This document shows positions 1-10,692 of a stretch of DNA of 64,000 nt, piece after piece. The DNA is taken from assembly GCA_002011735.1 (NCBI GenBank), contig MTOQ01000012.1, positions 2,259 to 66,258 on the forward strand, written 5' to 3'. The position numbers and the translations under genes are program-made. A model generated the notes under the pieces. The model was given only the letters and a program-made list of their open reading frames with translations, made no database searches and was not told the DNA's origin. Source of the DNA: Nitrospirae bacterium JdFR-81. GTDB taxonomy: Bacteria > Nitrospirota > Thermodesulfovibrionia > UBA6902. Position 1 is the first letter of the stretch; the number at the start of each line of letters is the position of its first letter.

Positions 1-1698
1 ATACTCTGGCTTTGCCGTGCCCTCCATGATGCCCTTTATCTCCCTGAACTGCCTCCTCACCTCATCAACAACACCACCTGCTGCCTTTCCAACCGCCTCC
101 ATGAGGAGTGAGCCAAAGTAGAATGGTAGCAGTCCGCCTATGAAGAGTCCGACAAGCACCGTCGGGTCTGAGAGCCTGAAGGTGAGGTTCGCACCCCCGA
201 ATGACCTTGAGTATTCCGCAAAGAGCACCAGTGCTGCAAGACCTGCAGAGCCGATCGCATAGCCCTTTGTAACTGCCTTTGTTGTGTTTCCGACTGCATC
301 AAGCGGATCTGTTATGTTACGGATCTCATCAGGGAGCTCTGCCATCTCTGCTATTCCACCTGCATTGTCAGTGATTGGGCCATAGGAGTCTATGGCGACA
401 ACGATACCGGTCATCGAGAGCATCGAGACAGCGGACAGTGCGATGGCAAACAGTCCTGTAACCGCCTGCTCTGATGTGAGGTTTGTAAACCCGCCTGCTC
501 CGATATAAAAGGCTCCCAGTATCGCACCACTTATGGCCAGGACAGGCAGGCCTGTTGACTTCATGCTCACCGCAAGGCCTGCGATTATGTTGGTTGCATG
601 GCCTGTCTGGCTTGCTGCTGCTATGTGTTTCACAGGATTGAAGCTCTTTGAGGTGAAATACTCTGTGATCATAACGATCAGACCGGTGAGTATGAGCCCT
701 ATAAGGGCCGTCAGGAATACGCCACCTGCGGTAAATGCCTGTTCAACACCAGGCATCTTGAGGAACTTCACTGATGCGGCATAGAATGCTATGGCTGCAA
801 GTATGCCTGATGCTGCAAGGCCCTTATAAAGTGCACCCATTATATACTGGCTTTTACCAAGCTTCACGAAGAATGTGCCTATGATCGAGGCTATTATTGA
901 TATGCCACCGATAAGCAATGGGAAGACCACCCATGGGCTATCAGGGCCAAAGGCGGTCTTTGCAAGGAGGACCGCTGCCACTAATGTAACGACATAGGTC
1001 TCATAGAGGTCTGCTGCCATCCCTGCGCAGTCACCGACATTGTCGCCGACATTGTCTGCTATAACCGCTGGATTCCTTGGGTCGTCCTCTGGTATGCCTG
1101 CCTCAACCTTCCCGACGAGGTCTGCACCAACATCCGCTGCCTTTGTGTAGATACCACCAGCGATACGGGCAAAGACACTCATAAGGGAACAGCCAAAACC
1201 AAGGCCAACGAGTGCATGGAATGCGTCCTCGATGTGCCCGGACATCGCGGATGTGGTGAGCAGATAGAAGCCGGCTATGCTGAGGAGACCGAGTCCAACG
1301 ACCATGAGCCCTGTCACAGACCCACCCTTGAAGGCAAGTCTGAGGGCATTGTTGAGGCCACCATGTGCTGCCTGTGCCGTTCTGACATTCGCCCTCACCG
1401 TAACCATCATGCCGATATAACCTGCAAGTGCAGAACCGACAGCGCCAAGCAGGAAACCAAAGGCTGTCCAGATGCCAAGACCGGCCACAACGATAAGGAT
1501 GAAGATCACTATGCCCGCAACAAAGACCGTCTTGTATTCACGGGCAAGGAACGCCTGGGCCCCTTCCCTCACGGCATTTGAGATCGCCTGCATCCGTTCG
1601 CTTCCAGGGTCCTGTTTTGTCACCCATGCTGCGGTTGCCAGTGCATAGAAGACCGCAAGCAGACCGCTGAGCAGGGCAAAGATCACTATAGTATTCAT
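1..1698 (-). CDS. hppA: K(+)/H(+)-translocating membrane pyrophosphatase. It is 5' complete, and its C-terminus runs off the window start.
   Basis: Reverse-strand translation from the ATG at 1698 ([25 protein letters not shown]...) gives a long polytopic membrane protein. It carries the Gly-rich DNVGDNVGD and AADLYETY style motifs typical of V-type PPases. A GGAGG site sits 8 nt upstream. It is not in the ORF track because no stop codon falls inside the window. Confidence 0.85.
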   Translation of the reverse strand, partial: MNTIVIFALLSGLLAVFYALATAAWVTKQDPGSERMQAISNAVREGAQAFLAREYKTVFVAGIVIFILIVVAGLGIWTAFGFLLGAVGSALAGYIGMMVTVRANVRTAQAAHGGLNNALRLAFKGGSVTGLMVVGLGLLSIAGFYLLTTSAMSGHIEDAFHALVGLGFGCSLMSVFARIAGGIYTKAADVGADLVGKVEAGIPEDDPRNPAVIADNVGDNVGDCAGMAADLYETYVVTLVAAVLLAKTAFGPDSPWVVFPLLIGGISIIASIIGTFFVKLGKSQYIMGALYKGLAASGILAAIAFYAASVKFLKMPGVEQAFTAGGVFLTALIGLILTGLIVMITEYFTSKSFNPVKHIAAASQTGHATNIIAGLAVSMKSTGLPVLAISGAILGAFYIGAGGFTNLTSEQAVTGLFAIALSAVSMLSMTGIVVAIDSYGPITDNAGGIAEMAELPDEIRNITDPLDAVGNTTKAVTKGYAIGSAGLAALVLFAEYSRSFGGANLTFRLSDPTVLVGLFIGGLLPFYFGSLLMEAVGKAAGGVVDEVRRQFREIKGIMEGTAKPEY

Positions 1699-1733
1699 CT
1701 ATATAACCTCCCTTTTAAGATAGTTTTCTGTCC

Positions 1734-2858
1734 TCATCCCTCGGCCTGCGCCCTATCCCTCCCTGAGTATTTATTAAAGACCATCGCCGTGGTCCTGTAG
1801 AAGAGGTGGGCAAGCTTGGAAAATGGCAGATACACAAAGAGCGAGAAGACAAAGACCAGGTGTATGAAGTATATCGGATATGCAAGTATGGCTATGCCTG
1901 CAAGCCTCGTGAGCCATGAGAGTATCCCTGATGCCGCGATTACACTGATTATGCCTATGAGGAGCCAGTCGAAATAGCTCCCAAGCCCAACCTTCGGGGC
2001 GTTTGCATACCTGTTCTTTATCATGAGTATGATGCCTATCAGCAGGCCTATTGCACCGATAAGGCCGAATAGCTTCACCGGTGTCCCGTAGCCAAACCTG
2101 AATGGTGAGTGCTTGCCAAGGATATCAATATAAAGCACACCAAAGCTCGTTGCAATGGCAAGGGATACAAAGCTGTAAAAGACCAGGAGGTGAGAGGTGT
2201 ATCTGTCCTTGTTAACCCCGCAGTTCTTGAATTTTGAGTGTGGCAGTATCTCCTTCAGGGCCTCGATGACGCTGTTCTTCAGGTTGGTGGTGGTGCAGTC
2301 AGGACATCCATACCTCTGCTTCATATCCTGCCAGAACTTCTTTATACCCAGCAGTCCAACGATGACACCGAAGGCCAGGGCGGGTATGAAGATGATCTGG
2401 ATCGTGTGCACCGGAAACATGTTTGTGAATACGATCTTCCCTGAGGGTATATCAAAATTGGCAGCAAGTGCAAGGATCAGGGCAGGTATTATGAAGAGCA
2501 GGGGCAGATACTTCCTGTCGTTCACAATATTAACCAGGAACTTTGGAGAGGAATACTGGGCAATGGTCTGTTTCCTTATCGCACCAAGGACCTCTCCTGG
2601 CTTGGCACCCCTTGGGCAATAGGCTGTGCAGTCGTTACACTGGTGACAGAGCCAGACATCGGGGTTGCCGATAAACTTCTCCTTCAGGCCCCACTGCGCC
2701 CACACCATCTCCTTCCTGGGGAATGGGTTGTTATCAGGGGTCACGTTGCAGACGACCGAGCATGTGGCACACTGATAACACCTCTTGAGGGTATCGCCAC
2801 CTGCGGCTATGACACCCTTTACAAAATCAAGGTCAGGCCTTATCACTTGTTCTGCCAT
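1734..2858 (-). CDS. qmoC: Quinone-interacting membrane-bound oxidoreductase subunit C, with an HdrC-like FeS domain and an HdrE-like membrane di-heme domain
   Basis: Two CxxCxxCxxxC(P) ferredoxin-like clusters (CYQCATCSVVC, CHQCNDCTAYCP) are followed by about 5 TM helices. The gene lies immediately downstream of qmoB. The track start at 2873 is a TTG, and I prefer the in-frame ATG at 2858 (MAEQV...) with GGAGG 8 nt upstream. Confidence 0.8.
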   Translation of the reverse strand: MAEQVIRPDLDFVKGVIAAGGDTLKRCYQCATCSVVCNVTPDNNPFPRKEMVWAQWGLKEKFIGNPDVWLCHQCNDCTAYCPRGAKPGEVLGAIRKQTIAQYSSPKFLVNIVNDRKYLPLLFIIPALILALAANFDIPSGKIVFTNMFPVHTIQIIFIPALAFGVIVGLLGIKKFWQDMKQRYGCPDCTTTNLKNSVIEALKEILPHSKFKNCGVNKDRYTSHLLVFYSFVSLAIATSFGVLYIDILGKHSPFRFGYGTPVKLFGLIGAIGLLIGIILMIKNRYANAPKVGLGSYFDWLLIGIISVIAASGILSWLTRLAGIAILAYPIYFIHLVFVFSLFVYLPFSKLAHLFYRTTAMVFNKYSGRDRAQAEG

Positions 2859-2929
2859 ATATTTAACCTCCAAAGCTCATGATGCGTGATGAGTAATGTG
2901 TAATGAGAACAAATTTTACTCATTACGAT

Positions 2930-5164
2930 TTAAAATTCCTTGAATGGATTCGGCTCGAACTCCTCCATCTTCTCTACATAATCATCGAGTATCTGCGGGA
3001 GTTTATCGTAATCAGATATAGAGAGCTGGACGAGCTCCACCCTCTCGGGCTCGAGCATCAGCCTGCCAAGGGTCTCCTGGAGCTTACCAAGCCTCTCCTT
3101 TGCAAGCTCACTGCCACGCACAAAGTGGCACTGATAGTTCTCACCAAACTTGCAGCCAAGCAGTATCACTCCATCGATACCCTTTGAGAGGGCATCGGCA
3201 ATCCATGCAAGGTTGAGGTTACCAAGACACCTCACGGGTACAAACCTTATTGGTGGCAGCTTCTCCCGCCTGATGGCAGCCGCATCAAGGGCCGGATAGG
3301 CGTCATTCTCACAGGCAAGGCCGACAAGCCTCAGGCCCTCCTCTGGCACATCCACATTCTTCAGCATCGAGGCTATCATGTTTATATTAAAGTCCTTAAA
3401 GTTTATCACGCGCTCAGGACATGCACCGAGGCATGTGCCACACCTCCTGCATCGGGTCATCTTGTGATAGGGTGTGCCCTTTTCATCCTCGTCTATCGCA
3501 CCGAATGGGCACTCCTCTGTGCACCTCTTACAGGATGTGCACTTCTGGAGGTTGACCTCCGGGTAGGTCTGATCCCATGCCCTTGGATGCACTGAATAAC
3601 CATTCGCCACGGCCTCAACACACTGGATCGCCTTCATCGCGGCACCCATGGCATCCTCGATACACTGGAGCATGTTCATGGGCTGTCTAACACTGCCTGC
3701 TGCATAGATGCCCGTACGCCTCGTCTCATACTGGAAGCATATATAGTTTGAGTCTGTATAACCATAGGCCTCATCAAGCACAGGGAGCTCGGGGCCCTGA
3801 CGATACTGGAGTTTGAGGATGTTCGGAACCTTATGGGGTTCAAGTGGTGCGTTGGGATCAGGCTTTCCACCTGATGCAGCAAGCTGTTCATCGTATATCT
3901 TCTTCCATTTTGCAAGCTCTTCGGGCTCAACCTTTGTATTCGGCTCCATGCCCACCGCAAGCACAACAAGGTCTGCCTCTATCTTCACATCCCCACCAAG
4001 CAGGGTGTCCTTCACACTGACATAGAGGCTGCCGCCCGAGACGTCAACACCTGTAACCTCACCCTTTGTGAGCATGACCCCAGGGTCGTCCTGCATCTTC
4101 TTATAGAAGAGTTCATATTGCCCTGGTGTCCTCATGTCCTTGTATATGATATAGGCCATCGCATCAGGGTTCAGCCTCCTCACATATGAGGCCTGCTTCA
4201 GCGATGTGAGACAGCAGTATGAGGAGCAGTATGGTAGGTGGTTCGGATCCCTTGAGCCCGCACACTGGATAAACGCAACCCTCTTGACCTCCCTTCCGTC
4301 AGATGGCCTCGTGATCCTGCCCTTTGATGCGATCTCCTCCATCTGGAGGTTTGTGATGACATCAGGGCTCTTGCCATATCCAAGGTGTTCAAGCTTGTTG
4401 GCATCATACGGCCTGAAGCCTGCGGCCAGCACGATCGCACCTGCTATCCTCTTCTGCAGTCCATCGGCTGTCTTTATCTCCACCTCGAACTGCCCTGGGA
4501 AGCCTGATATCTTATCTATCTCGGATGATGTGAAGACCTCTATATTTGAATGGGACCTCACCCTCTCTATGGTGGCCTTTACCGTCGGCTCTTCAAGGTC
4601 TTCAAATGGATACCTCTGTGGAAGCTGTTTGTGCAATCTGGATGCCCAGCCACCAAGCTCATCGCCCTTCTCAACAAGATAGACCTTGTAGCCTGCATCA
4701 GCCACACCAAGGGCAGAGGTCATGCCTGTTATGCCACCACCGATGACGAGTATGTCCTTGCTCGGCTGTTCAAGGAGGTATGGCTCGGGGAGGTCTGAGT
4801 TCTGTGTCCTCACAATCCCCATCCTCACATAGTCCTCGGCAAGGGCCTGTGTCTCCTCCTCCTTTGGAGGTTGAGTCCATGCGACCAGCTCCCTTATGTT
4901 GGCCCTCTCCACGACCGTGCCATTAAAACTGAATTCCTGATGTTTTGCACGGGGAGAGCAGGCCACGATCAGGACTGCATTCACCCCCTCTCCCTTGATG
5001 TCACCCTTTATGAGATCCAGCCCCTCGGGACTGCAGAGGATGTCATGAGTCTTACATACAGGAACCTTATACTCCTTCTCGGCAACCTCGACCAGCTTCT
5101 CGACCTCCACTGCATCGGCGATACCACAACCCTTACATATATAAACCCCTATCTTCTTTTCCAT
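2930..5164 (-). CDS. qmoB: Qmo complex subunit B, an HdrA-like FAD/FeS flavoprotein with MvhD-like and ferredoxin domains
   Basis: 744 aa. An FAD fingerprint (VIGGGITGMTSALGVA) and several Cys clusters (CTSCKRCTEECP, CRRCGTCLGACP) match the HdrA-like architecture. Position between qmoA and qmoC. The start is an ATG with GGGAGG upstream. Confidence 0.85.
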   Translation of the reverse strand: MEKKIGVYICKGCGIADAVEVEKLVEVAEKEYKVPVCKTHDILCSPEGLDLIKGDIKGEGVNAVLIVACSPRAKHQEFSFNGTVVERANIRELVAWTQPPKEEETQALAEDYVRMGIVRTQNSDLPEPYLLEQPSKDILVIGGGITGMTSALGVADAGYKVYLVEKGDELGGWASRLHKQLPQRYPFEDLEEPTVKATIERVRSHSNIEVFTSSEIDKISGFPGQFEVEIKTADGLQKRIAGAIVLAAGFRPYDANKLEHLGYGKSPDVITNLQMEEIASKGRITRPSDGREVKRVAFIQCAGSRDPNHLPYCSSYCCLTSLKQASYVRRLNPDAMAYIIYKDMRTPGQYELFYKKMQDDPGVMLTKGEVTGVDVSGGSLYVSVKDTLLGGDVKIEADLVVLAVGMEPNTKVEPEELAKWKKIYDEQLAASGGKPDPNAPLEPHKVPNILKLQYRQGPELPVLDEAYGYTDSNYICFQYETRRTGIYAAGSVRQPMNMLQCIEDAMGAAMKAIQCVEAVANGYSVHPRAWDQTYPEVNLQKCTSCKRCTEECPFGAIDEDEKGTPYHKMTRCRRCGTCLGACPERVINFKDFNINMIASMLKNVDVPEEGLRLVGLACENDAYPALDAAAIRREKLPPIRFVPVRCLGNLNLAWIADALSKGIDGVILLGCKFGENYQCHFVRGSELAKERLGKLQETLGRLMLEPERVELVQLSISDYDKLPQILDDYVEKMEEFEPNPFKEF

Positions 5165-6429
5165 CAGGATAACCTCCCTAAAATCTGTATGGCCTTAAGG
5201 GCAGCGCCTGTGGCATCCTGCACCGACTGTGCAACATCCATTGGGTTCTTTGCACAGCCAACTGCAAATATACCAGGCCTGTCCCTGTCAGGGACTACAA
5301 AGCCGTTCTCATTGACCCTCACCTCATCAGGCAGCTTCACCTCTGAGACCGTTGGGGCCATTCCGGTGGCAAGGACACAGAGGTCAACGGCCATCTTCTT
5401 CTTCTGGCCCGCAAGTATGTCCTCATACTCCACGATGATGTCCTTTGTTGAGACATCCTCATATACCTTTGCAACCTTACCCTTGATGAGGGAGATATTC
5501 TCATCCTCCTTCACCTTATTGAGAAACCGCTCGAATGAGGTCCCTGGTGTCCTGAGGTCTATATAGAACATATAGGCCTTTGAATCAGGATACTGCTCCC
5601 TCACATATGTTGCCTGTTTGAGCGAGGCAAGACAGCACACCGCTGAACAGAACGGGAGGTGGTTCTCATCCCTTGAGCCTGCACACTGGACGAATGCAAC
5701 CCTCTTGACCTCCCTTCCATCAGACGGCCTGGTGAGCTTGCCCTTTGTGGGACCATTTGGTGAGGCAAGCCTCTCCATCATCACATTGGTTATGATATCA
5801 GGGCTCGTCCCGAAGCCAAGGTTATCCATCCTTGATGCATCATAAGGCTTCCACCCTGTCGCAAGGATGATGGCTCCGGCATTGATCTCTATCACCTCGG
5901 GCTTCATATTCAGGTCGATCGCATTGTATTTGCACGCATCAACACACTTTGCACAGTCAGACTTCTTGCATGCAACATCGTCTATTACATATTTAAACGG
6001 GAAGGCGTGTTCGTAAGGGATGTATGCGGCCTTCCTCTTGTCAAGGCCGAAGTTAACATCATTAGAGACCTCCACAGGGCATGCCTCTGTGCATGCATTA
6101 CAACCCACACACCTGTCGTTGACATAACGGGGGTTTAACTGGATAGAGATGTTATAGTTGCCTGCACTACCCTCTATCCTCTCGATCTCCGCGAGGGTGT
6201 AGAACCTTATCCTCGGGTTGAACTTTATCCTCCTGAAGTTTATCTCAAGACCACAGGTAGGAGGACAGAGCTTGGGGAAGTACTTATTCATCCTCGCCAC
6301 CCTGCCACCAAGGAAGGGTGTCTTCTCCACTATTACAGCATTATAACCCGCCTCTGCCGCCTCCACAGCAGCAGTAAGGCCGCTTATGCCGCCTCCCACA
6401 ACAAGGATCGTCTTCTCTTGTTCTGCCAT
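5164..6429 (-). CDS. qmoA: Qmo complex subunit A, an HdrA-like flavoprotein
   Basis: FAD-binding VVGGGISGLTAA motif, 4Fe-4S motifs CVGCNACTEACP and CxxCxxC, about 420 aa. It sits between aprA and qmoB. The track start is a TTG, and the ATG at 6429 (MAEQEK...) has GGAGG 6 nt upstream. Confidence 0.85.
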   Translation of the reverse strand: MAEQEKTILVVGGGISGLTAAVEAAEAGYNAVIVEKTPFLGGRVARMNKYFPKLCPPTCGLEINFRRIKFNPRIRFYTLAEIERIEGSAGNYNISIQLNPRYVNDRCVGCNACTEACPVEVSNDVNFGLDKRKAAYIPYEHAFPFKYVIDDVACKKSDCAKCVDACKYNAIDLNMKPEVIEINAGAIILATGWKPYDASRMDNLGFGTSPDIITNVMMERLASPNGPTKGKLTRPSDGREVKRVAFVQCAGSRDENHLPFCSAVCCLASLKQATYVREQYPDSKAYMFYIDLRTPGTSFERFLNKVKEDENISLIKGKVAKVYEDVSTKDIIVEYEDILAGQKKKMAVDLCVLATGMAPTVSEVKLPDEVRVNENGFVVPDRDRPGIFAVGCAKNPMDVAQSVQDATGAALKAIQILGRLS

Positions 6430-6527
6430 AAACAAGCCTCCATAAAAAGGGTTATTAAGGCCATCAGTTCATGATGACCTTAATAACCCTCTGGGTGCCA
6501 GCAAACGGCACCCAGAGGGGATCTGCC

Positions 6528-8564
6528 TTAGCTCACGATCTGGACATATGGCCTCTTGGAGAGGGTCCACTCGTCCTTCTCTGCGTCGTACTTTGCGATG
6601 GTGAAGCACTTCCAGTTGTCGTCATCGATGAAGTCCTTGTCAGCCCTGTAGTAGTAGCCAGGATACCTGGACTCCTCTCTGAAGAGGATGGACCTTGCAT
6701 GTGCCTCAGCAGTGATCACCCTGTGATAGTTCTCCCAGCATCTGAGGAGTTCATGGAGGTTTGACGCAGCAAGCCTGTTGGCATCCTCCTTGAGGAGCTG
6801 GAGCCTCCTGAGGCCCTCCTCTATCATGGTCTTACTTGTCTTGAACCATGTGCCCACACCACCGAAGTACTCGTCCGCTATCTTCATGAGCCTCTTCTGG
6901 AACTGGTCGGGCTTTATGAAGTGAGGGTTCACGCTTATGTGGTGTGGTGAGGTTGTGTAGGTCTTGTACTTCTCGTAGATCTCAAACGGCAGATACATCT
7001 CGGCAACAAGATCATCCACATTCTCCCTCAGTGTGGGGTTGAAGTCCATGTGGTCGAGGATATAGGCGATGGCCGCCTTGCCTGCAATCCTTCCCTCAGC
7101 GTGTGAGCCTGATGAGAACTTATGTCCTGAGGCACCGCAGGTGTCACCAGCCATAAAGAGGCCATTAACAGTGGACATCCTGTTGTAGCCCCAGTGCCAC
7201 TCAGCAGGTGCACCAGGTATATCGCCAGGACCACTCACCCAGAAGCCCGCGCAGCCTGCATGAGAGCCAAGGAAGTAGGGCTCTGACGGGATGATCTCTG
7301 ACGGGACCTTGTCAGGCTCGATGTTGTTTGCTGCCCACATACCTGCCTGACCGATGGTCATGTCCAGGAAGTCCTCCCATGCCTCTGCCTCAAGGTGCTT
7401 GAGCTTCTTCTTACCCTCCTTCTCACCAAGCTTCTCCACGAACAGCTTACCTATCTCAGCCATTGCCTTGTCTGTATGCATCAGGATCGGTGCCTTACCA
7501 CGGATCATCGCCTCCATCATCAGGTGGTTCCTGATACAGGTACCCATGGTATCCACATACTTGCCATACTTCTTCTTTGCGTCCTCCACATACTCGGGAT
7601 TTGCACAGTAATCATCTCCCTCACTGTCTGTGGCCTTTGCCTTGAAGAAGAGGAACCACGCACCAACAGGACCGTATCCGTCCTTGAACCTTGCAGGGAC
7701 AAACCTGTTCTCCATCTGGACAAGCTCTGCCCCTACGAGGGCGCCCATTGCGTATCCTGAGCCGGCATTCCAGACAGGGAACCATGTCCTTCCCATTCCC
7801 TCACCGACCGAGCGGGGCCTGAAGACATTGACACAACCACCAGGCACAAGCAGTATCGCCTTTGCCCTGAAGATGAATACCTTGTTCTCCCTGACACTGA
7901 AGCCGATTGCTCCTGCAATGGTGTTCTCCTTGTTTGCATCAAGGAGGAGTCGGGTTATAAAGACCCTTTCAAAGTGGTTCTGCTGAACACCTGTTGCCTG
8001 CCTGTTAGACTCAAGGGCCTTCTTTGCAGCCTCTGCAACGATCACCTTGTAGGACTCTCCATTGATCATTATCTGCCATTTACCTGACCTGACAACGATG
8101 CTCTCCCTCTCTGCATCATCCTTGCAGTCTATCAGCAGGGGCTTGCCAGCATCCCTTGCCTGGTGACCGTCAAGGGAGAAACCATCATCACCCTTCTTCC
8201 AGATGGGGAGTCCCCATTTCTCAAAGAGATGGACGCTGTTGTCCACATGCCTGCCAAGGTCGTAGACCAGATCCTCCCTGATGATGCCCATCAGGTCGTT
8301 CCTCACATACCTCACATAGTCCTCAACCTTGTTACCACCCATATAGGTGTTTATCGCGGAAAGGCCCATCGCAACAGCACCACTGCGGTCTGTTGCAGCC
8401 TTATCAACCAGTGTAATCCTTATCTTCTTGGGGTTTGCCCAGGCAGCAGCCTCAAATGCAGCACCGCAGCCCGCCATACCACCACCGATGATGAGGAAGT
8501 CTGTCTCGTGCTCCACGACCTCGGGCTTTGCACAGTATGAAAATGTGCAGGTTTCCTTTTCCAT
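6528..8564 (-). CDS. aprA: Adenylylsulfate (APS) reductase alpha subunit
   Basis: About 678 aa flavoprotein of the fumarate reductase/succinate dehydrogenase family (FLIIGGGMAGCGAAFEA). It lies directly downstream of aprB with a 9-nt gap and GGAGG. The track start at 8573 is a GTG with zero spacer, and I prefer the ATG at 8564. Confidence 0.9.
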   Translation of the reverse strand: MEKETCTFSYCAKPEVVEHETDFLIIGGGMAGCGAAFEAAAWANPKKIRITLVDKAATDRSGAVAMGLSAINTYMGGNKVEDYVRYVRNDLMGIIREDLVYDLGRHVDNSVHLFEKWGLPIWKKGDDGFSLDGHQARDAGKPLLIDCKDDAERESIVVRSGKWQIMINGESYKVIVAEAAKKALESNRQATGVQQNHFERVFITRLLLDANKENTIAGAIGFSVRENKVFIFRAKAILLVPGGCVNVFRPRSVGEGMGRTWFPVWNAGSGYAMGALVGAELVQMENRFVPARFKDGYGPVGAWFLFFKAKATDSEGDDYCANPEYVEDAKKKYGKYVDTMGTCIRNHLMMEAMIRGKAPILMHTDKAMAEIGKLFVEKLGEKEGKKKLKHLEAEAWEDFLDMTIGQAGMWAANNIEPDKVPSEIIPSEPYFLGSHAGCAGFWVSGPGDIPGAPAEWHWGYNRMSTVNGLFMAGDTCGASGHKFSSGSHAEGRIAGKAAIAYILDHMDFNPTLRENVDDLVAEMYLPFEIYEKYKTYTTSPHHISVNPHFIKPDQFQKRLMKIADEYFGGVGTWFKTSKTMIEEGLRRLQLLKEDANRLAASNLHELLRCWENYHRVITAEAHARSILFREESRYPGYYYRADKDFIDDDNWKCFTIAKYDAEKDEWTLSKRPYVQIVS

Positions 8565-8582
8565 TGTCTTCACCTCCTATTT

Positions 8583-9002
8583 TTATTCCTTTTTTGCTTC
8601 ATAGCAGAAATAGCCTGGCTCCTTTATCTTTGAGTAGTCAGGCTCTGGCATACCTGCATATGGATCGATTGAACCCTCTGGCGTAAGCCTGATGGGGAAC
8701 TTGAACCTCTTGAGCACGCCGTTACGGAACTTGATGGTCCACATAATGGAGTCAGTACCCCTCATGGGGATGACGCTTCCACCAAGGGGGATGTAGTCTG
8801 CATATCCCCTCACCTCAATGGCCTGCTGTGGGCATATCTTCACACAGTTGTAGCACTCCCAGCACTGCTCTGGCTCCTGATTGTAGGCCTTCATTATCTC
8901 CCTGTTCAGGGTCATGAGGTCGTGGGGACAGATATACTGGCAGGCCGTCTTGTCCTGCGCCTTACAGCCGTCGCATTTCTCTGCGATCACAAAACTTGGC
9001 AT
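8583..9002 (-). CDS. aprB: Adenylylsulfate reductase beta subunit (2x[4Fe-4S] ferredoxin-like)
   Basis: 139 aa with Cys clusters CDGCKA...CQYICP and CWECYNCVKICP, characteristic of AprB. ATG with GGAGG upstream, followed directly by aprA. Confidence 0.9.
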   Translation of the reverse strand: MPSFVIAEKCDGCKAQDKTACQYICPHDLMTLNREIMKAYNQEPEQCWECYNCVKICPQQAIEVRGYADYIPLGGSVIPMRGTDSIMWTIKFRNGVLKRFKFPIRLTPEGSIDPYAGMPEPDYSKIKEPGYFCYEAKKE

Positions 9003-9093
9003 CTCCTAACCTCCTTTTTTTAATTTATTTTTTATCCGTTGAAAGGGACAACGGATGTTCTCCGATATTCACCCCCTTTCCTTGATGAGTATT

Positions 9094-9390
9094 TTAATGA
9101 GACTTTAAGAAATCATCAATCACATCTATGCTCTTCTTCTCCACCACAAGGTCGAATATCCTGTCCTTCACCTCCCTCGGAAGGAGCTCGATGCTCTTCG
9201 TCGTGCTGCTGTCAAACTTTGCCATGGGATAGAGCTTCAGTATCTGATCCTTCTGTGCATCATCGGCAAACACCTGTATGACCTTGAGGCCTGCAAGCTT
9301 CTCCTTACACATATCTGCAAGGCCCGCATTCTTCAGCTTCTCGTATCTCTCCTCATTCACCCATAGATTGATAGGATACTTCTCTCCCAT
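9094..9390 (-). CDS. Hypothetical 98-aa protein embedded in the sat-aprBA operon
   Basis: Clean ATG with AAAGGGAGG 8 nt upstream. It sits 14 nt downstream of sat and 91 nt upstream of aprB on the same strand. No recognisable motif. The sequence is hydrophilic with a single Cys. Confidence 0.6.
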   Translation of the reverse strand: MGEKYPINLWVNEERYEKLKNAGLADMCKEKLAGLKVIQVFADDAQKDQILKLYPMAKFDSSTTKSIELLPREVKDRIFDLVVEKKSIDVIDDFLKSH

Positions 9391-9404
9391 TCTCTTACCT
9401 CCCT

Positions 9405-10664
9405 TTATGCCTTCAATGGCGGTATAGTAAATACCGGTGTCCTCTTCTCAAGATACTCATCCGTCACAAATGGCGAGCCAAACCCATACTTCTCTGCACA
9501 CTCCATCACGAGGTCAAACACCTCGGGCCTGAATATGAGCCTCGGTGGCTTTACCCCATCCATCACTATACTCCTGATCAGCGTCCCGCTGAACTTCTGC
9601 CACTCGTCCTTATGGTTACACAGACCCTCGTTTGTGACCTCTCCACAGTGCGGACAGTAGAGCCAGTTCATCGAGAATGTCGGCTTGATCCTCAGCTCAT
9701 CCTGGACAGAGATTATCAGGCGATGGGCATCATAGGGGTCGTAGTAGTCACCAACACCTGCATGATCCCTTCCGAACATATGATGGGTTAGGCCAAGGTT
9801 TGTCCTCAGCATCGAGTGGAAGATGGCCTCCTTTGGCCCTGCATACCTCATGTCCCAGAAGGTAAGGGATACCATGTGATTGTGTGGCCCGAAGTAACCA
9901 GCATCATTCAGCTTCTGGTGGGTGAGGATGATGGCCTCGTCTATATAGTCGCCCTTCCTCTTCTCACCGATGATTGCATTTACAAGCACACCAACGATGG
10001 GCTTCTCAATCGGAAGCTCTCCATAGGCCTGGAGCCATGCACCCTTCATGAGCCATTCATGGCCTGTGTGAGGGACATTCCTCGTCTGATGGGCCACGAT
10101 CCTCTGCCAGCCCTTCTCCCTGAATATCTTCCTCATCTGGAGGGGTGGTATGAAGAATGGCTCAAACGGTGGGTTTATCTTGGGCCTATTGACAAGGGTG
10201 ATCTTGCCACCAAGGAACTTATCCTTATACTTATAGGTCCTTGCACAGCCAGGGTGCTTCTCCTCTGTTGTGCCGAAGACGGACTGGCATATCTCCTTTT
10301 TATCATAGGTATATATCTCCTCGATCTCGAAGATGGCAAGGGGATTATCCTCATAGGTGAGAAGGACCGTGTCGCCTGCCTTTATCCCATAATCAGAGAC
10401 CTCTGCCTCAGAGAGGTCAAAGAGGATGGGGATACTCCAGATCGTGCCGTCCTTCAGCTTCATGGTCTTTACCACAGAGTCCAGGTCATCCTTACCCATA
10501 AACCCCTGAAGGGGGGTGAAGAAGCCATAACCAATATTGATAACCTCTTTTGCGATCTGGTCCCTTACAGGGATGCTCTTGAGGCCCTTTATCCTTTCAA
10601 CGGCCTCCTTCGGTTCAAGTATCCTTTCGACTATCTCCTTTCCACCATGTCCTATCTCAGCCAT
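9405..10664 (-). CDS. sat: Sulfate adenylyltransferase (ATP sulfurylase)
   Basis: 419 aa with the QTRN motif (AHQTRNVPHTGHEW) and the GRD loop (HHMFGRDHAGVG) of ATP sulfurylase. ATG start with RBS. Confidence 0.9.
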   Translation of the reverse strand: MAEIGHGGKEIVERILEPKEAVERIKGLKSIPVRDQIAKEVINIGYGFFTPLQGFMGKDDLDSVVKTMKLKDGTIWSIPILFDLSEAEVSDYGIKAGDTVLLTYEDNPLAIFEIEEIYTYDKKEICQSVFGTTEEKHPGCARTYKYKDKFLGGKITLVNRPKINPPFEPFFIPPLQMRKIFREKGWQRIVAHQTRNVPHTGHEWLMKGAWLQAYGELPIEKPIVGVLVNAIIGEKRKGDYIDEAIILTHQKLNDAGYFGPHNHMVSLTFWDMRYAGPKEAIFHSMLRTNLGLTHHMFGRDHAGVGDYYDPYDAHRLIISVQDELRIKPTFSMNWLYCPHCGEVTNEGLCNHKDEWQKFSGTLIRSIVMDGVKPPRLIFRPEVFDLVMECAEKYGFGSPFVTDEYLEKRTPVFTIPPLKA

Positions 10665-10692
10665 ATGACCTCTCCTTTCCTTAAAGATTTAT

